Positions 19,601-26,752 of a stretch of 32,000 nt of DNA are shown piece by piece (position 1 is the stretch's first letter; every line of letters starts with the position of its first letter). The notes under the pieces were generated by a model. It saw only the letters and a program-made list of their open reading frames with translations. It did no database searches and had not been told where the DNA came from. The stretch lies in assembly GCA_031316235.1 (NCBI GenBank), contig JALDRA010000002.1, positions 30,001-62,000 on the forward strand. The letters run 5' to 3'. This stretch comes from Candidatus Scalindua sp. Its GTDB lineage: Bacteria > Planctomycetota > Brocadiia > Brocadiales > Scalinduaceae. The position numbers were made by a program, and so were the translations under genes.

Positions 19601-22187
19601 ACTTCAACCGATGATGTGGATAAAAGATAATCGTTTTATCCCGGTTTTCAAACTCGATACGCCCCTCAACCGGACTATCGTTTTCATCCTCATTGTACAA
19701 TTTAAAATGAGAGTTCAAGGGGTCAGAATTATCGAATATTGTACAGGGAAGCATCGGTTCGATAAACTTAACGGTAATGGTGGCATCAATATCAACATCG
19801 CTCGCACCCATATCAGGAGATTGAAATGTGACTGTTGGAGGCTCACCATCCCCAATCGTTGAAACAGGTACGCAAAATGTTACCGGATTTCCCGGTGGAA
19901 CGGGTGGAAGGTTTACCGATGTTATTATGCGTCCTTGCTGATTGAGAAATGTTACCAGGAGAGGCTTGTTTACCGGGACGACAGCGATAACAGGGCCGGA
20001 TCTCACCGGGTAGGAGAAATCTGGAAAGGCATCTATAACTGCCGTCCATATATTCTGGTCAGCAGCGCCCGCAAGGATCACTGCATTTAACCCAGCTAAG
20101 GCTGGATCAGTTGCAAGTAAAAATGCTATGCGTGCACTATCTCTTACCCCTGGGTATGGTGGTGAGGTAGTCGTAATTCGATCACCATCCAAAGCTGCAA
20201 TATTGATGGGATTCAGTTTCAGTTCGCCTGCCACATCGATCGTTTTGGCAACGATTATTTGACCATCCGCCGGTATATTTGATAGCGCGGGAACGGAAAC
20301 TTTAAGTTCTTTAGCGGCTGTGACATCACCTATATCGAGATCAACACCTCCAACGTAAGCAAAACCTGCCGGCATTGCAACGGGATAATCCTCTTCCGAA
20401 ATAAATTTGTACTTTACAACCGTCCCGTCCGGTATTGCTCCCGTGGGGATGGTAATGCCAACGCCATCATCCCCAGTAATTGCCCCACCGCTTGAACCCA
20501 TAACCGTTACCGGATCACCATTTTCATCTACAAAGGGAACATCTACCAGATTTGTACGGTTGCCCGCCTGGTCCTGTACCGTAACCAGCAGCTCATTACC
20601 CAGCGTCACCCCGATAGCTACGGTAAAGCTTCCGTTTGCATTTGCTGCCTTAGTTGATGTTTCACCAGTATTGACATTTGTCACAATGATGATATCATCC
20701 GGTTCAACGGTACCCTGTGTGCCCGTTAACTGTGATTTGCCGTTAGCTGGAAGGCTGAAACTGACCTGGCCTGCAACCGTTACCGTGGGAGGAGTATTGT
20801 CTGCAGTTGTAAATGAACTCGCAAACGATTCGAGTTTGTTGCCGCTGAAATCCAGGATCTCCTCCGCCAGGTTGACCGTATAAACAGTTTCTGAATCCAA
20901 CTGGTCTGATGGAACAAAGGTGGCAACTGTGCCTCCAGAATTAAGCGTTATATTCCCCTTGACATTTCCGCTGCTATTCTCAAGCGTAAGAGTGTTTGTC
21001 CCGATAATAGTCGATGGATCAATCTTTTCCGAAAAGGTTACGTGTATGGAAGTAAATAGAGATACTCCCTTTTTATCTGCCTCAGGAGTGATACTGAGTA
21101 CTCTTGGGTGAGTAACGACAAGATTAATATTAACGATTGCCAGATCACCCTTTGAGGACAAATCCCCATTGCCACTCCCCTCATCACCGTTAAGAGAGTT
21201 AATGGCGGCTACATTAAATGGTTTTATCAATGACGGTATTACATAAGTACCCTCGGTATTCGATCTCGAAACAATTGGGTTATTATCTATAGTGATAATG
21301 GCAGTAAGATCACGGTTACCAGCGGCATCTGTAACGTTACCGGTAACAAATCCAAGTGGATTTACGCTCTTGAGAAAGAGATAATATCCTTCTGTAATCA
21401 CTCCAAGTGAAGGTCGAGTATGAAAGTCTGTTACCAGGGTATTATCAATTGCAGAGGCAGTACCAACAAAAAGGAGTTTCGTCGAATCAGATATTTCAAC
21501 CATCTTCGTGAGGAGAATTTGATCTTCGCTTGTAATGCCTCCTGTCAAAGGAAGAGTGATTCGTGCTGATCGAGACAATTTCGCACCATGCATGGTAAGT
21601 GAAACTGCATCGATAAAAGCGAAACCGTCTGATATTGAAACTGCCAGGTTTTCCAGGCCAATCCTGTTTATCTCAACTGGAGTGTTCTCCGTTAAAGCTC
21701 CAGATGGTATAACAAGGCGCATACCATGAGACCCAATAACTGTGCTACCGCTTCGCCCAACCAAGACGCCAGAAGGTTGTCCAAAATCATGAGGAAAACT
21801 GATATCGATATCGATCACACCTGTCTTGAATTCTGCGAAGGAGAAGAAACGGGTCGGTGAAACAATGAATTTGGATGATAAGGTGTCAGGATCTTCATTG
21901 CTAGGTTTACTGTACAGAAAGAGATCCTGAGTATACGGTTCCGTGATGATACTGCTCCCGTCCATGAGTTTGAAATGTTCACTTACCCGGGATTGGATTA
22001 CCGTTCCGCTCGGAACGGAAGAGCCAGAGGTGACGCTGGTTGTCACATCGGCACGTGAATCCGGTTGTGTAAGAAGTATTGGCGGCTCAGGTGTAACCTT
22101 TGCAGTGGCTTGAGGAATAGTAACGGGATTCACGCCCTGAAGCGGTTCTCCCTCTACCGGTGAAATTGTATTTGCCTTATCCGGCAT
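10665..22187 (-). CDS. RHS/YD-repeat polymorphic toxin, 3840 aa. It contains CarboxypepD_reg-like, Big_5-type Ig and LVIVD-like propeller modules, a YD shell, an RHS core and a variable C-terminal toxin domain.
   Basis: The shell-entry motif is DIMIPGRGLSLDFTRTYSS...GPLGAGWTHSY. Dozens of YD repeats follow (for example Y.YD..GNL, TYTYD..NR). The RHS core reads DAWGRIR...YTGHYKDKETCLHYFGARYYDEETGRFLSQDPY...NPLRYVDLTGY. There is no signal peptide and no PAAR, VgrG or LXG-like N-terminus. Confidence 0.9.
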   Translation of the reverse strand: MPDKANTISPVEGEPLQGVNPVTIPQATAKVTPEPPILLTQPDSRADVTTSVTSGSSVPSGTVIQSRVSEHFKLMDGSSIITEPYTQDLFLYSKPSNEDPDTLSSKFIVSPTRFFSFAEFKTGVIDIDISFPHDFGQPSGVLVGRSGSTVIGSHGMRLVIPSGALTENTPVEINRIGLENLAVSISDGFAFIDAVSLTMHGAKLSRSARITLPLTGGITSEDQILLTKMVEISDSTKLLFVGTASAIDNTLVTDFHTRPSLGVITEGYYLFLKSVNPLGFVTGNVTDAAGNRDLTAIITIDNNPIVSRSNTEGTYVIPSLIKPFNVAAINSLNGDEGSGNGDLSSKGDLAIVNINLVVTHPRVLSITPEADKKGVSLFTSIHVTFSEKIDPSTIIGTNTLTLENSSGNVKGNITLNSGGTVATFVPSDQLDSETVYTVNLAEEILDFSGNKLESFASSFTTADNTPPTVTVAGQVSFSLPANGKSQLTGTQGTVEPDDIIIVTNVNTGETSTKAANANGSFTVAIGVTLGNELLVTVQDQAGNRTNLVDVPFVDENGDPVTVMGSSGGAITGDDGVGITIPTGAIPDGTVVKYKFISEEDYPVAMPAGFAYVGGVDLDIGDVTAAKELKVSVPALSNIPADGQIIVAKTIDVAGELKLNPINIAALDGDRITTTSPPYPGVRDSARIAFLLATDPALAGLNAVILAGAADQNIWTAVIDAFPDFSYPVRSGPVIAVVPVNKPLLVTFLNQQGRIITSVNLPPVPPGNPVTFCVPVSTIGDGEPPTVTFQSPDMGASDVDIDATITVKFIEPMLPCTIFDNSDPLNSHFKLYNEDENDSPVEGRIEFENRDKTIIFYPHHRLKYGTSYRFELKGAQDVSTEILPDLVSNFKTFEPSVIGLLPFTPAEKNDGERAIGIDYIDNTCTVLLTNGPYGFVDNLTGFRVINVGRPNAPVLLGDEVVTAGRAMDIVTHTDSFAGRIAVVVSGNNRVFGNLRIFDVNKPENTAQLRYQGERVRGVPDEDETLYLGFRKLSTPFNLTPPLHVPEDPGVPIAAALAGDQVAYVATVPIGIQAVDLMATTNWLYTPFADRGPQPRIEGLYRGKFSDVDFIRAQRPNSPEGTVLAVGSLSSGRGFGLTVLDANLEHPDEVLNDPPTKSASRVKGLANFTISIDPDGDGIPEDKRYDLAFVAGGILGGLHVISLNEVCSSNSAAPCELGFIPTTHEGVTVPAFDITIDGPGNLVYVSSGSDPAILIFDISRMFDSDGDFVEGQQTCDGENCIDKDQDGDDDRILGSVSIPEGEANESVYDAKRGLLYLASGPGGLSVIRVGRRSALFDPDQAVVIEGEKISSANGVTLDKDVLVFNRPYGSDSFCINLDTKLSGDDRLNYEIVEQPLNNPDGAPGAAILSPNNMQGVLTEGNQEICLTIDSSPFDDFFGSQIILRVLDQQGLCTAELSFEIKPARIDGPDILTIATKVDRINGETCFGAGRFIFTQTVDAKVTLEINGRVAVDVKDEDLNPIGGTGKFEEIFFEAGTHSVILFSDTLPPGENRYILKAKEIPGYRDEIDDEGIILHEIEVNATLPIGHTMIKGVDIWDGHLTHSTQDIMIPGRGLSLDFTRTYSSAGYASDGPLGAGWTHSYNIRLIKDSCGRYVVIGGEGSGNAFRSPHSDTRRATDFGLPANDVEFFKPQIGYHSALVRYPNNLAKGLDFYTKAHIRYHFELDPNQSFMPLQELYILRFIEEPNGNKIRLFYDERPPLGDNDPTTLDQVTDASDRSLLFEYEIEVSGQKIAYTDIYLKKRIRKITGSDPLTGSDLDLELTYEYDIHGNLVTVRRKTPNPGLGYDDERVERYTYWHSPAQASHSKPTVQIPTTVHPSQLHNLKSYTDPNGKQTNYVYGQPQPVVTLTNIETLFGVPSHERVEFVNQPEGVTTGFTYSFSGKTRVVTDPRPNVSPTTYTLNDYGATVTIVAPMSKRTKMEWCTDAPHQSCNGGIDVLMVSKTDAEGRRTEYVYDDLGNLEIETIKFTGNKKDVMNTAGGVENEVVTRSTYDKNFSKMIEKTDAEGNKTFYHIDSNTYSGQTFSCTGGRGNTGNLLGVKDAESNITCYTYDTITGSEGNLLTVKDPRGKVTKYTKYDRYGNPEMIEAPDGLNTTTNRYDERSRLKDTSDNPFGHHVAYTYDGLDRTIRESRFEDSGETGTSEVTEYRYYANDELKQVIDGLGQITEYPILDGLNRVKVKKELGVAQVTGNTEYTTSYTYDEDSNVVTEEDQRGIKREHTYDELNRRTETKIVSGGGVVGRTNVIMNYTYDLVNNKLSEIDHHGHETKYFYDGLYRVVETHLPHTHVFSDIPFPLAAKIEIRYDLVGNKVSETDANGQKMTYGYDDIYRLLSMKDADQNKITYRYDRASNKIREENKSSGLVTTWDSSYDGLNRPTAFTQTGPGILPTTGYKTSYTYDDSDNAVTVHNPRGINVRTDKDGLDRVFETIVDPGGLNLITTYSYDGNGNVISVNDPKRNETILLYDGLNRKIRSTYAAAAASTVAGPMDPDQNQNSPTEEFTYDGNNNLTRYKDKRGIVFRNTYDYLDRLLKKIVEESVTGGGTDLTLMEYVYNDSSTPYTINETDANGNVTEKRYDGIHRLTTIDDPDPITDTNDPDGRALVTFEYDGVNKRAETDKKGHRTEYDYDEINRLVKTREYNSGGGLKTAPDALMVTYDDANNRVEETDRRTIKTTRQLDALQRLRELKRTGPDMATHYPLATNNEVLLETYEYDENSNKTLFIDGEGNKTRYTYDAADRLVTMTEGLGSTKVESDTNYTYDKVNNILTVKDGRVHGSTFDIKYDYDDRYRKISETNGEKETTQYKYDGNDNLVSMEEPKGGQEFTTLYRYDELNTLLAVDETQRGGGVTRFFYDDNRNKIEQRDAEENRVTYSYDRLNRLTDTFQHIGGTNTLRWQYGYDLNSNLSLIVDPKGQRVEMVEYDWLDRLVTKDYKDHDPSETGLDFQMQKCEYVYDGNSNITSITETKQIGGVRDKREVTTQTFDPLNRLQTSTHIDYDNTTKEIQYDYDKQGNRTKVIDPDGLITDYKYDERNRLDTVTTEFGLPTEGLTKYTWWEDSLLKKVEYPNGTVCDRESADSYDAADRLMKTINRPADPSLPIFSVYSYTYDENSNRWTQVETQRVLHGGNSEKTIYDYDNLNRLRMVTYNDGGNPQILTYTYERNGNRKSEIGTDPHTGQPVDRLYTYEELPGMAGVTFDGVNTLTQIVDNLDSSKSVTYEYDRNLNQTAKEKGGVRTEFKYGIRDHILEADELSGDTVTFDYDHDRMRVKKISGGTGKETRYLYDQSSVLVEYDGTDPDRSTSHKYDYGYELLSLTTFDDVNLTRDSQFYMKDGLMSTANLTDERGGLLHSYRYDAWGRIRDQVGTSTNPRQYTGHYKDKETCLHYFGARYYDEETGRFLSQDPYLGEENTPPSLHRYLYAYANPLRYVDLTGYQAEGVPMFTDKDIARYNAAAKAKPYTVMSQVIHHEDVMPELANTVIENENSEGVETVPLDLDGDLPSGMPDLLWKILKKMGPLQGDPLSHLGDAISKLGSLRDDYARNAARSSRNLLFDVAYGNETPENAASRAVFRRRMIERNIRDATGKISQKTADLMGKRNLSEYGDKLGPKDTSHPKFKGKSPIEIIESAGKTNKTINALGKVAQYGGKVLSVAGKGLAIFGTAKAGFQIGTGIDELISGENTVKGAADLGFGSAKLGVEIAATSMAGAGSLAAAGTGALAAGGLWLAEESVNAANEGRETPLEIAEKHYFGESGTALYGSGNFWKITKAAFGEEITTVKNAANWINPFSSKK
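10668..11738 (-). other. C-terminal variable (toxin) domain of the RHS protein, 357 aa, family unassigned. It contains a Gly/Ala-zipper hydrophobic segment.
   Basis: It begins directly after ...ANPLRYVDLTGY. The sequence QAEGVPMFTDKDIARYN... leads into GKVAQYGGKVLSVAGKGLAIFGTAKAGFQIGTG...GFGSAKLGVEIAATSMAGAGSLAAAGTGALAAGGLWLAEE and ends ...NWINPFSSKK*. Confidence 0.7.
11739..17417 (-). other. YD-repeat shell plus RHS core region (approximate N-terminal bound)
   Basis: It runs from VDIWDGHLTHSTQDIMIPGRGLSLDF (aa ~1591) to VDLTGY (aa 3483). Confidence 0.75.
18200..19452 (-). other. LVIVD-like beta-propeller region of the RHS protein (approximate bounds)
   Basis: Blade-like motifs recur: GFRVINVGRPNAP, LRIFDVNKPEN, GIQAVDL, GLTVLDANLEHP, GLHVISL, ILIFDISR and GLSVIRVG. 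There is also an Asp-rich Ca-binding-like loop, CIDKDQDGDDD. The family call is from motif memory. Confidence 0.5.
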
Positions 22188-22301
22188 AAGCAGTACAACC
22201 TGTCCTGACTTTGAGACGCTGAGCTGAATCTGTAAACCATCCTGGGTAACAGTAGCTGTGGTATGAGTTATCCAGTTGTTATTATTCTCATTCCATATGG
22301 C

Positions 22302-25301
22302 CTAAACAATCTGGTTACCAGCTGAAAGGCCATAGTTATTGGGTACCAGAAGTTTAGCCGGTTGTTGAAAGATTACCTCATCAGGGGTAATCTCAACCGA
22401 AACAAGAGGTGTCCAGCCAAGGGGTAATCGACCCCGTAATCCTTGTCCGCTAATGGAGGTAACTCTGATATCTTGATCACCTCCCAGGGCACCAGCTGCA
22501 AACTGAAGAGAGATAGTTTCATCTTCACTGGTGGCAGTACCTCCGAGTGCGCTATTAATTTGGTTTTGTTTCTCATCTACGGGAGTAAGCCTTGCGTCGA
22601 GAACAGTGGTACTCAACCCTTCTCTTACCTCCGTGGATCGATACACCTTTGTAAAACCTTCTTTATTAATCATGAGATGTACCACGGTGGCATCCATCTC
22701 AATAGAATATCTTCCATGCTTGTCTGTATTCACAGAACTGTGATCTTCACCGATTATAGAGACATTCGCTCCCTCCAGAAAGAGACCTGTGGAGTCGTCA
22801 TAAACCTCACCTGTTAAAAATCCGTTTCCTAATCTCGTGAGGCGAGAAGTAACTTCGATCATAGCAGTCTTTGTGGAAACATTGTTTGAAAAATCTGTAG
22901 CTTCTACGCGTATTGAAACAATTGTACCAAGTTCTGCATCCAGTGGTATTGTTACCGTTGTTTCAAAAGGTTGAGCGGTATCACTGATTACCTGTGACCC
23001 ATCCGCATAAAAAGAGACAGAGGAGACACCAACATCATCAGTAGCTTTGACATTTATTGAAACAGTTTCTCCCGGAAGAGCTCTATCCGGTAAAGTTATT
23101 TCTATTCCAGGAGCTGTGTTATCCTCTGCAGCAACCACATTGAGTGTCTTGGATGCTATCGCAGTAAGACCTTCAAAATCAGTGGCAGTCGCTGACACCT
23201 TTAAGCTGGATCCTACGGTGATATTGTTCGGTAGTGAAAATACCGCTTCAAAAGGTGCCTGAGATATTGTGATTGAGTCGGAAATTACCGAATCCATCTC
23301 AATACTGAACAATACCAAGGATACTCCACTGTTATCAATCGCTTCCGCAGATAGTCTGAGTTTCGCACCCGGAAAGGTTTCTGATGGTGCATTCAGGTCG
23401 ACTGTAGGAGGTTCAGTATCAGGAGTGGCAACTACTTCCACCATTACGGTAGAATCTCCTGAATTCCCCTCAGCATCTACAGCGGTAGCCTTAATGGTAA
23501 TATCCTCCCCTACTTGTGCATCTGAGGGGACCGTAAAGAGATGGTTGATTTCAAAAGGCTCATCATTGTCAGATAGTGTTCGAGTTCCAACATTAAGATT
23601 CAGAAGTCTCACCTCAACATTATCTTGAGCAGTTGCAGTTATAAAAAACGTCTTTCCTGCTTCAGAATGCATTGGTGTATTTATGGTTACTTTTGGTGGA
23701 ATGTTATCTATTATGGTTATTGTTGTAGATACAACAGAATTTAGATTTGCAAAGTCTTGTGCCGTAGCAGTTAGATTAATGGTATCGCCAGGAGTTTTGT
23801 CAGTTGAAACCGTGTAATTTGTTTCATAGGGGGCAGTTGTGTCCGCAAAACTAAAACCGTCTCCATCTGAAAAAGTGACAGATACGATACCACTTTTATC
23901 CATTGCTTCGGCTTCGAAGGATATAATTGTGTCGGGTAGTGCCTCCAAGGGTGCTTTTACAAACTTGACAGTTGGAGGTATAGTGTCAGGGACAGGCACG
24001 ACCGTAATTGTCAACATATCCAAACCCGGATTACCTGAAACATCTGTTGCCGAAGCGGTAAATACAAAGGTCTCACCTTCGGCAGCATCAGAGGGAACCG
24101 TAAATGTTTGATCAATGGTAAAGGGTTCTGAAGAAACACTCCTAATAAGGTTGTCATCTTGTTTCAGAGTAAACAGGGCAACCCTTTTATTGTCCTGTGC
24201 TGTTGCCTGGAGTCTAACTATGCTGCCAGGCGTTGCCGTTAAAGGAGCTATGAGTTCGACTGTTGGTGAGATGATATCTCGATCACCTTCAACTTTAATA
24301 ACCTTTTTCTCTTGTGCAATGTTACCAGCTTTATCCGTCACTTTTGCTGTGATCTCAAGTTGTGAACCTTCAGTGGCAGTGACAGGTACTGAAAAAGGGA
24401 ATTCGAACGGTGGTAGAGTGTCAATATCAATGAGAGAACCATCCATAAAGAGGATGACATCAGCAATACCAGATTCGTCATTTGCGATAACTGAAGCGGT
24501 AACAGAACCTCCGGGTGGTGCAGTCTCTAAGGGAAGATTTAGTTCCATTGTGGGTAATATTGTATCGAGGGTAACTTGTACCTCTGGACTCGTTCCAGTA
24601 CCAGCGGTGTTTTGAGCTGAAACGCTTAGGGTATTAACACCTTCTTTCAGGTTAATGGACGTGCTAAATCTTCCGTTGTTAACGGTAATGGTAAGATCTG
24701 ATCCATTTAAACGTAATATAGCTGAAGTAAGAGTCTGATCACTAATTGTGCCACTAACCGTTTGCTCAACACTATTCGTTACTAACCCATTGAGAGGCTG
24801 GGTAATGGTTATAGAAGGAGAAGAAATAGTAGCCAACCTACCAAATATATTAAAGAATGAACTAAATGGTGATAGCTCTTTCAGACAAATAATGATATGA
24901 ACAAAAACAAATTCACCTGGAGCGAATTCTCCATCAGCATAGCCATCTCTCAATGAAACAATTAATCGAGACCCTACCCCTCCTGCCCCCCCTTGAGCAT
25001 TTTGCAGTAAATTCCCATTAGATAATTGCACAACCTCAACTTCAAGGTCTGTATATGTGCTGCGGCTTGTGTTAACAAGCTTTGCGTCGAAGCTAAATTG
25101 TCCGGCAAATCCATCCGGACAACCAGAGGCATCTGGAGTTGACCTGAATGTTGATCTTATCGGTTCAAAATTAACCCGACTGTTTATATTCGACGTAACA
25201 GACGTTTGCGCTATTCCACTTGAGGAGATGCTTAGCTGTAATACTGCAAACACAAGCAATAAATAGGCTAACAGCGGAAAAGTTGTTATGCGTTTGTTCA
25301 T
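22302..25301 (-). CDS. Secreted Ig-repeat protein, 999 aa: signal peptide, unknown ~140-aa domain, 1 Ig-like module, 6 Big_7-like modules, CarboxypepD_reg, and the first half of a domain that continues past the TAG. Probably the N-terminal part of the RHS gene.
   Basis: The signal peptide is MNKRITTFPLLAYLLLVFAVLQLSISSSGIAQ. There are six ~95-aa repeats of the form (I/E)PPTV.L.AP....PG....L.A.A.D..GV..V.F......I..D...PFE..F.VP......G......A.A.D..GN. The CarboxypepD_reg module reads GFLTGEVYDDSTGLFLEGANVSIIGED..NTDKHGRYSIE. The TAG stop is in frame with the RHS ORF. Confidence 0.85.
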   Translation of the reverse strand: MNKRITTFPLLAYLLLVFAVLQLSISSSGIAQTSVTSNINSRVNFEPIRSTFRSTPDASGCPDGFAGQFSFDAKLVNTSRSTYTDLEVEVVQLSNGNLLQNAQGGAGGVGSRLIVSLRDGYADGEFAPGEFVFVHIIICLKELSPFSSFFNIFGRLATISSPSITITQPLNGLVTNSVEQTVSGTISDQTLTSAILRLNGSDLTITVNNGRFSTSINLKEGVNTLSVSAQNTAGTGTSPEVQVTLDTILPTMELNLPLETAPPGGSVTASVIANDESGIADVILFMDGSLIDIDTLPPFEFPFSVPVTATEGSQLEITAKVTDKAGNIAQEKKVIKVEGDRDIISPTVELIAPLTATPGSIVRLQATAQDNKRVALFTLKQDDNLIRSVSSEPFTIDQTFTVPSDAAEGETFVFTASATDVSGNPGLDMLTITVVPVPDTIPPTVKFVKAPLEALPDTIISFEAEAMDKSGIVSVTFSDGDGFSFADTTAPYETNYTVSTDKTPGDTINLTATAQDFANLNSVVSTTITIIDNIPPKVTINTPMHSEAGKTFFITATAQDNVEVRLLNLNVGTRTLSDNDEPFEINHLFTVPSDAQVGEDITIKATAVDAEGNSGDSTVMVEVVATPDTEPPTVDLNAPSETFPGAKLRLSAEAIDNSGVSLVLFSIEMDSVISDSITISQAPFEAVFSLPNNITVGSSLKVSATATDFEGLTAIASKTLNVVAAEDNTAPGIEITLPDRALPGETVSINVKATDDVGVSSVSFYADGSQVISDTAQPFETTVTIPLDAELGTIVSIRVEATDFSNNVSTKTAMIEVTSRLTRLGNGFLTGEVYDDSTGLFLEGANVSIIGEDHSSVNTDKHGRYSIEMDATVVHLMINKEGFTKVYRSTEVREGLSTTVLDARLTPVDEKQNQINSALGGTATSEDETISLQFAAGALGGDQDIRVTSISGQGLRGRLPLGWTPLVSVEITPDEVIFQQPAKLLVPNNYGLSAGNQIV

Positions 25302-26140
25302 TTATTGTTTTGTTGTTTTTCCCAGGGTTAAAGAAAAAAAAGGAATATTTTCAAATAAAAATGTAGCTTAGCTACTGGTCCAAAAATCCCAGTCCATTAT
25401 AATAAATGCTACCACCACAGGAACAGGTAAACAAAATAACTCAAGATTTACCTTTATTAAAGTTAACACTTCCGCATATATAATACCAGCGTAGTTAAAA
25501 TATAATGCAAAATACGTATACTTAAATTCTGTAAGCAGTTACTAATTTATCTTAACATTCTTGTATTTTATCTTTGTTATGGATCTATAACATTTTTTGT
25601 TATTTTGTTATAACAAATGTTTTGTAAAGAAATGAAACTTAATGCATATGCTATGCGGTTTGCTAAAACAAAAATCTAGATGTATGCTTGAAGATACATC
25701 ACAAAATATCAGTCAACAGAACTCTTTGCATTCGCCCAAGTCCTAAAAACTAATTGTAACAGTTTTTAACAAAATGCCTATGCATTTAGCTCCTAAATGG
25801 AGTAGTTACTGCCATACCCCCCTCTGTGTCTATAATAGTTGGACATTTTCCTTGTAATAATTTAGTGTAGGGCGAGGAGAAAAACAGCTATGAGAAAAAA
25901 TAATCAAAGTAAGAGTCCCAGCAGCATTTTATAAGTTGTGGGTTGAAAATTTAAAACTTTTAAGAAATGAAATTGGCATGTTATAAGTTTTAATCCATTG
26001 ATTGAAAGAAAGACGAGCAATACTGTAGTATTAAGATCCGTAGGATAGTGATTTAAGGTTGACAAGTTTGTCAAGACCATTTCCGACCATCAATGGTATG
26101 TAGGTATGTGTAAATGAAAGGAATAGAATGGAAAGAAAAA

Positions 26141-26173
26141 AAGGGGCATAATGAATCTTTTATCATGCCCCTT
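26141..26173 (-). terminator. Rho-independent terminator-like hairpin downstream of tRNA-Ala (possibly bidirectional)
   Basis: AAGGGGCAT (26141..26149) pairs with ATGCCCCTT (26165..26173) around a 15-nt loop. The minus strand continues TTTTTTTCTTTCC, and the plus strand continues TAAAATTTT. Confidence 0.5.
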
Positions 26174-26250
26174 TAAAATTTTAGCCACAATTTGGACACA
26201 ATTTTTAGCCTAATTGATGAAGCTCCTATCGTAAGTCCTTCTATAGTATA

Positions 26251-26323
<73 letters not shown>

Positions 26324-26364
26324 GCTTGATTTGTAAGCATATGGTATGATATATTTTATGAGGT

Positions 26365-26652
26365 TTATACTTTACAAAAACTAGCAGAAAAGTCAAGGAT
26401 TTTCCCCCATACTGTCACGCCAGAATAGAAATGGCCGGTTTTTAGCGAAATAATTTTCCTGAACGAGCGACTCCAAGAAATTACAAATCCCCACTGAAAC
26501 TCTCTTTGAGTAAATACAACAACATCTTCAGGTTTATAGACAAGCATATCAAGTGCAATATTAGGTTTAATAAGCTTATCAAGTTCTCTCATACGATCGA
26601 TTCCATAGTAAGTATCAGACTTTATTATCAAAAAATCAATATCGGTTGTCTC
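26365..26652 (-). pseudogene. Fragment of a nucleotidyltransferase-fold (MNT-like) gene, 5'-truncated with an aberrant C-terminus
   Basis: The open frame starts right after a TAA and reads PILETTDIDFLIIKSDTYYGIDRMRELDKLIKPNIALDMLVYKPEDV. This matches the remembered D.D...(V/I) and (V/L)D(V/L)LVYTPEE patterns of minimal NTases. The upstream GS motif is absent. No HEPN partner is seen. Confidence 0.45.
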
Positions 26653-26752
26653 TAAGATAGGTTAAAAAGATTTAAATTTTGAGTACAAGTATTTTATTTG
26701 ATTTGGTTGACTTCTCTCCGGGGTGCTTGTTAAGTTTGCTTGATAGAAGTTT

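Noticed and set aside
10658-21729. Numerous 60-200-aa ORFs in other frames inside the RHS gene (for example 11991..12473, 15957..16550, 18597..19211)
   Set aside because: All are nested in or antisense to the 3840-aa ORF, whose YD-repeat periodicity is unambiguous. None shows independent motifs.
22302-22304. Global TAG reassignment (pyrrolysine or an alternative genetic code) as the explanation for the in-frame TAG
   Set aside because: TAG terminates the CysH-like gene right after its conserved KECGLH...C-terminus (29705..29707). It also terminates the RAYT gene (9116..9118) and the PIN gene (10673..10675) at family-typical lengths. TAG therefore behaves as a normal stop in this window. Site-specific readthrough or a mutation remains possible.
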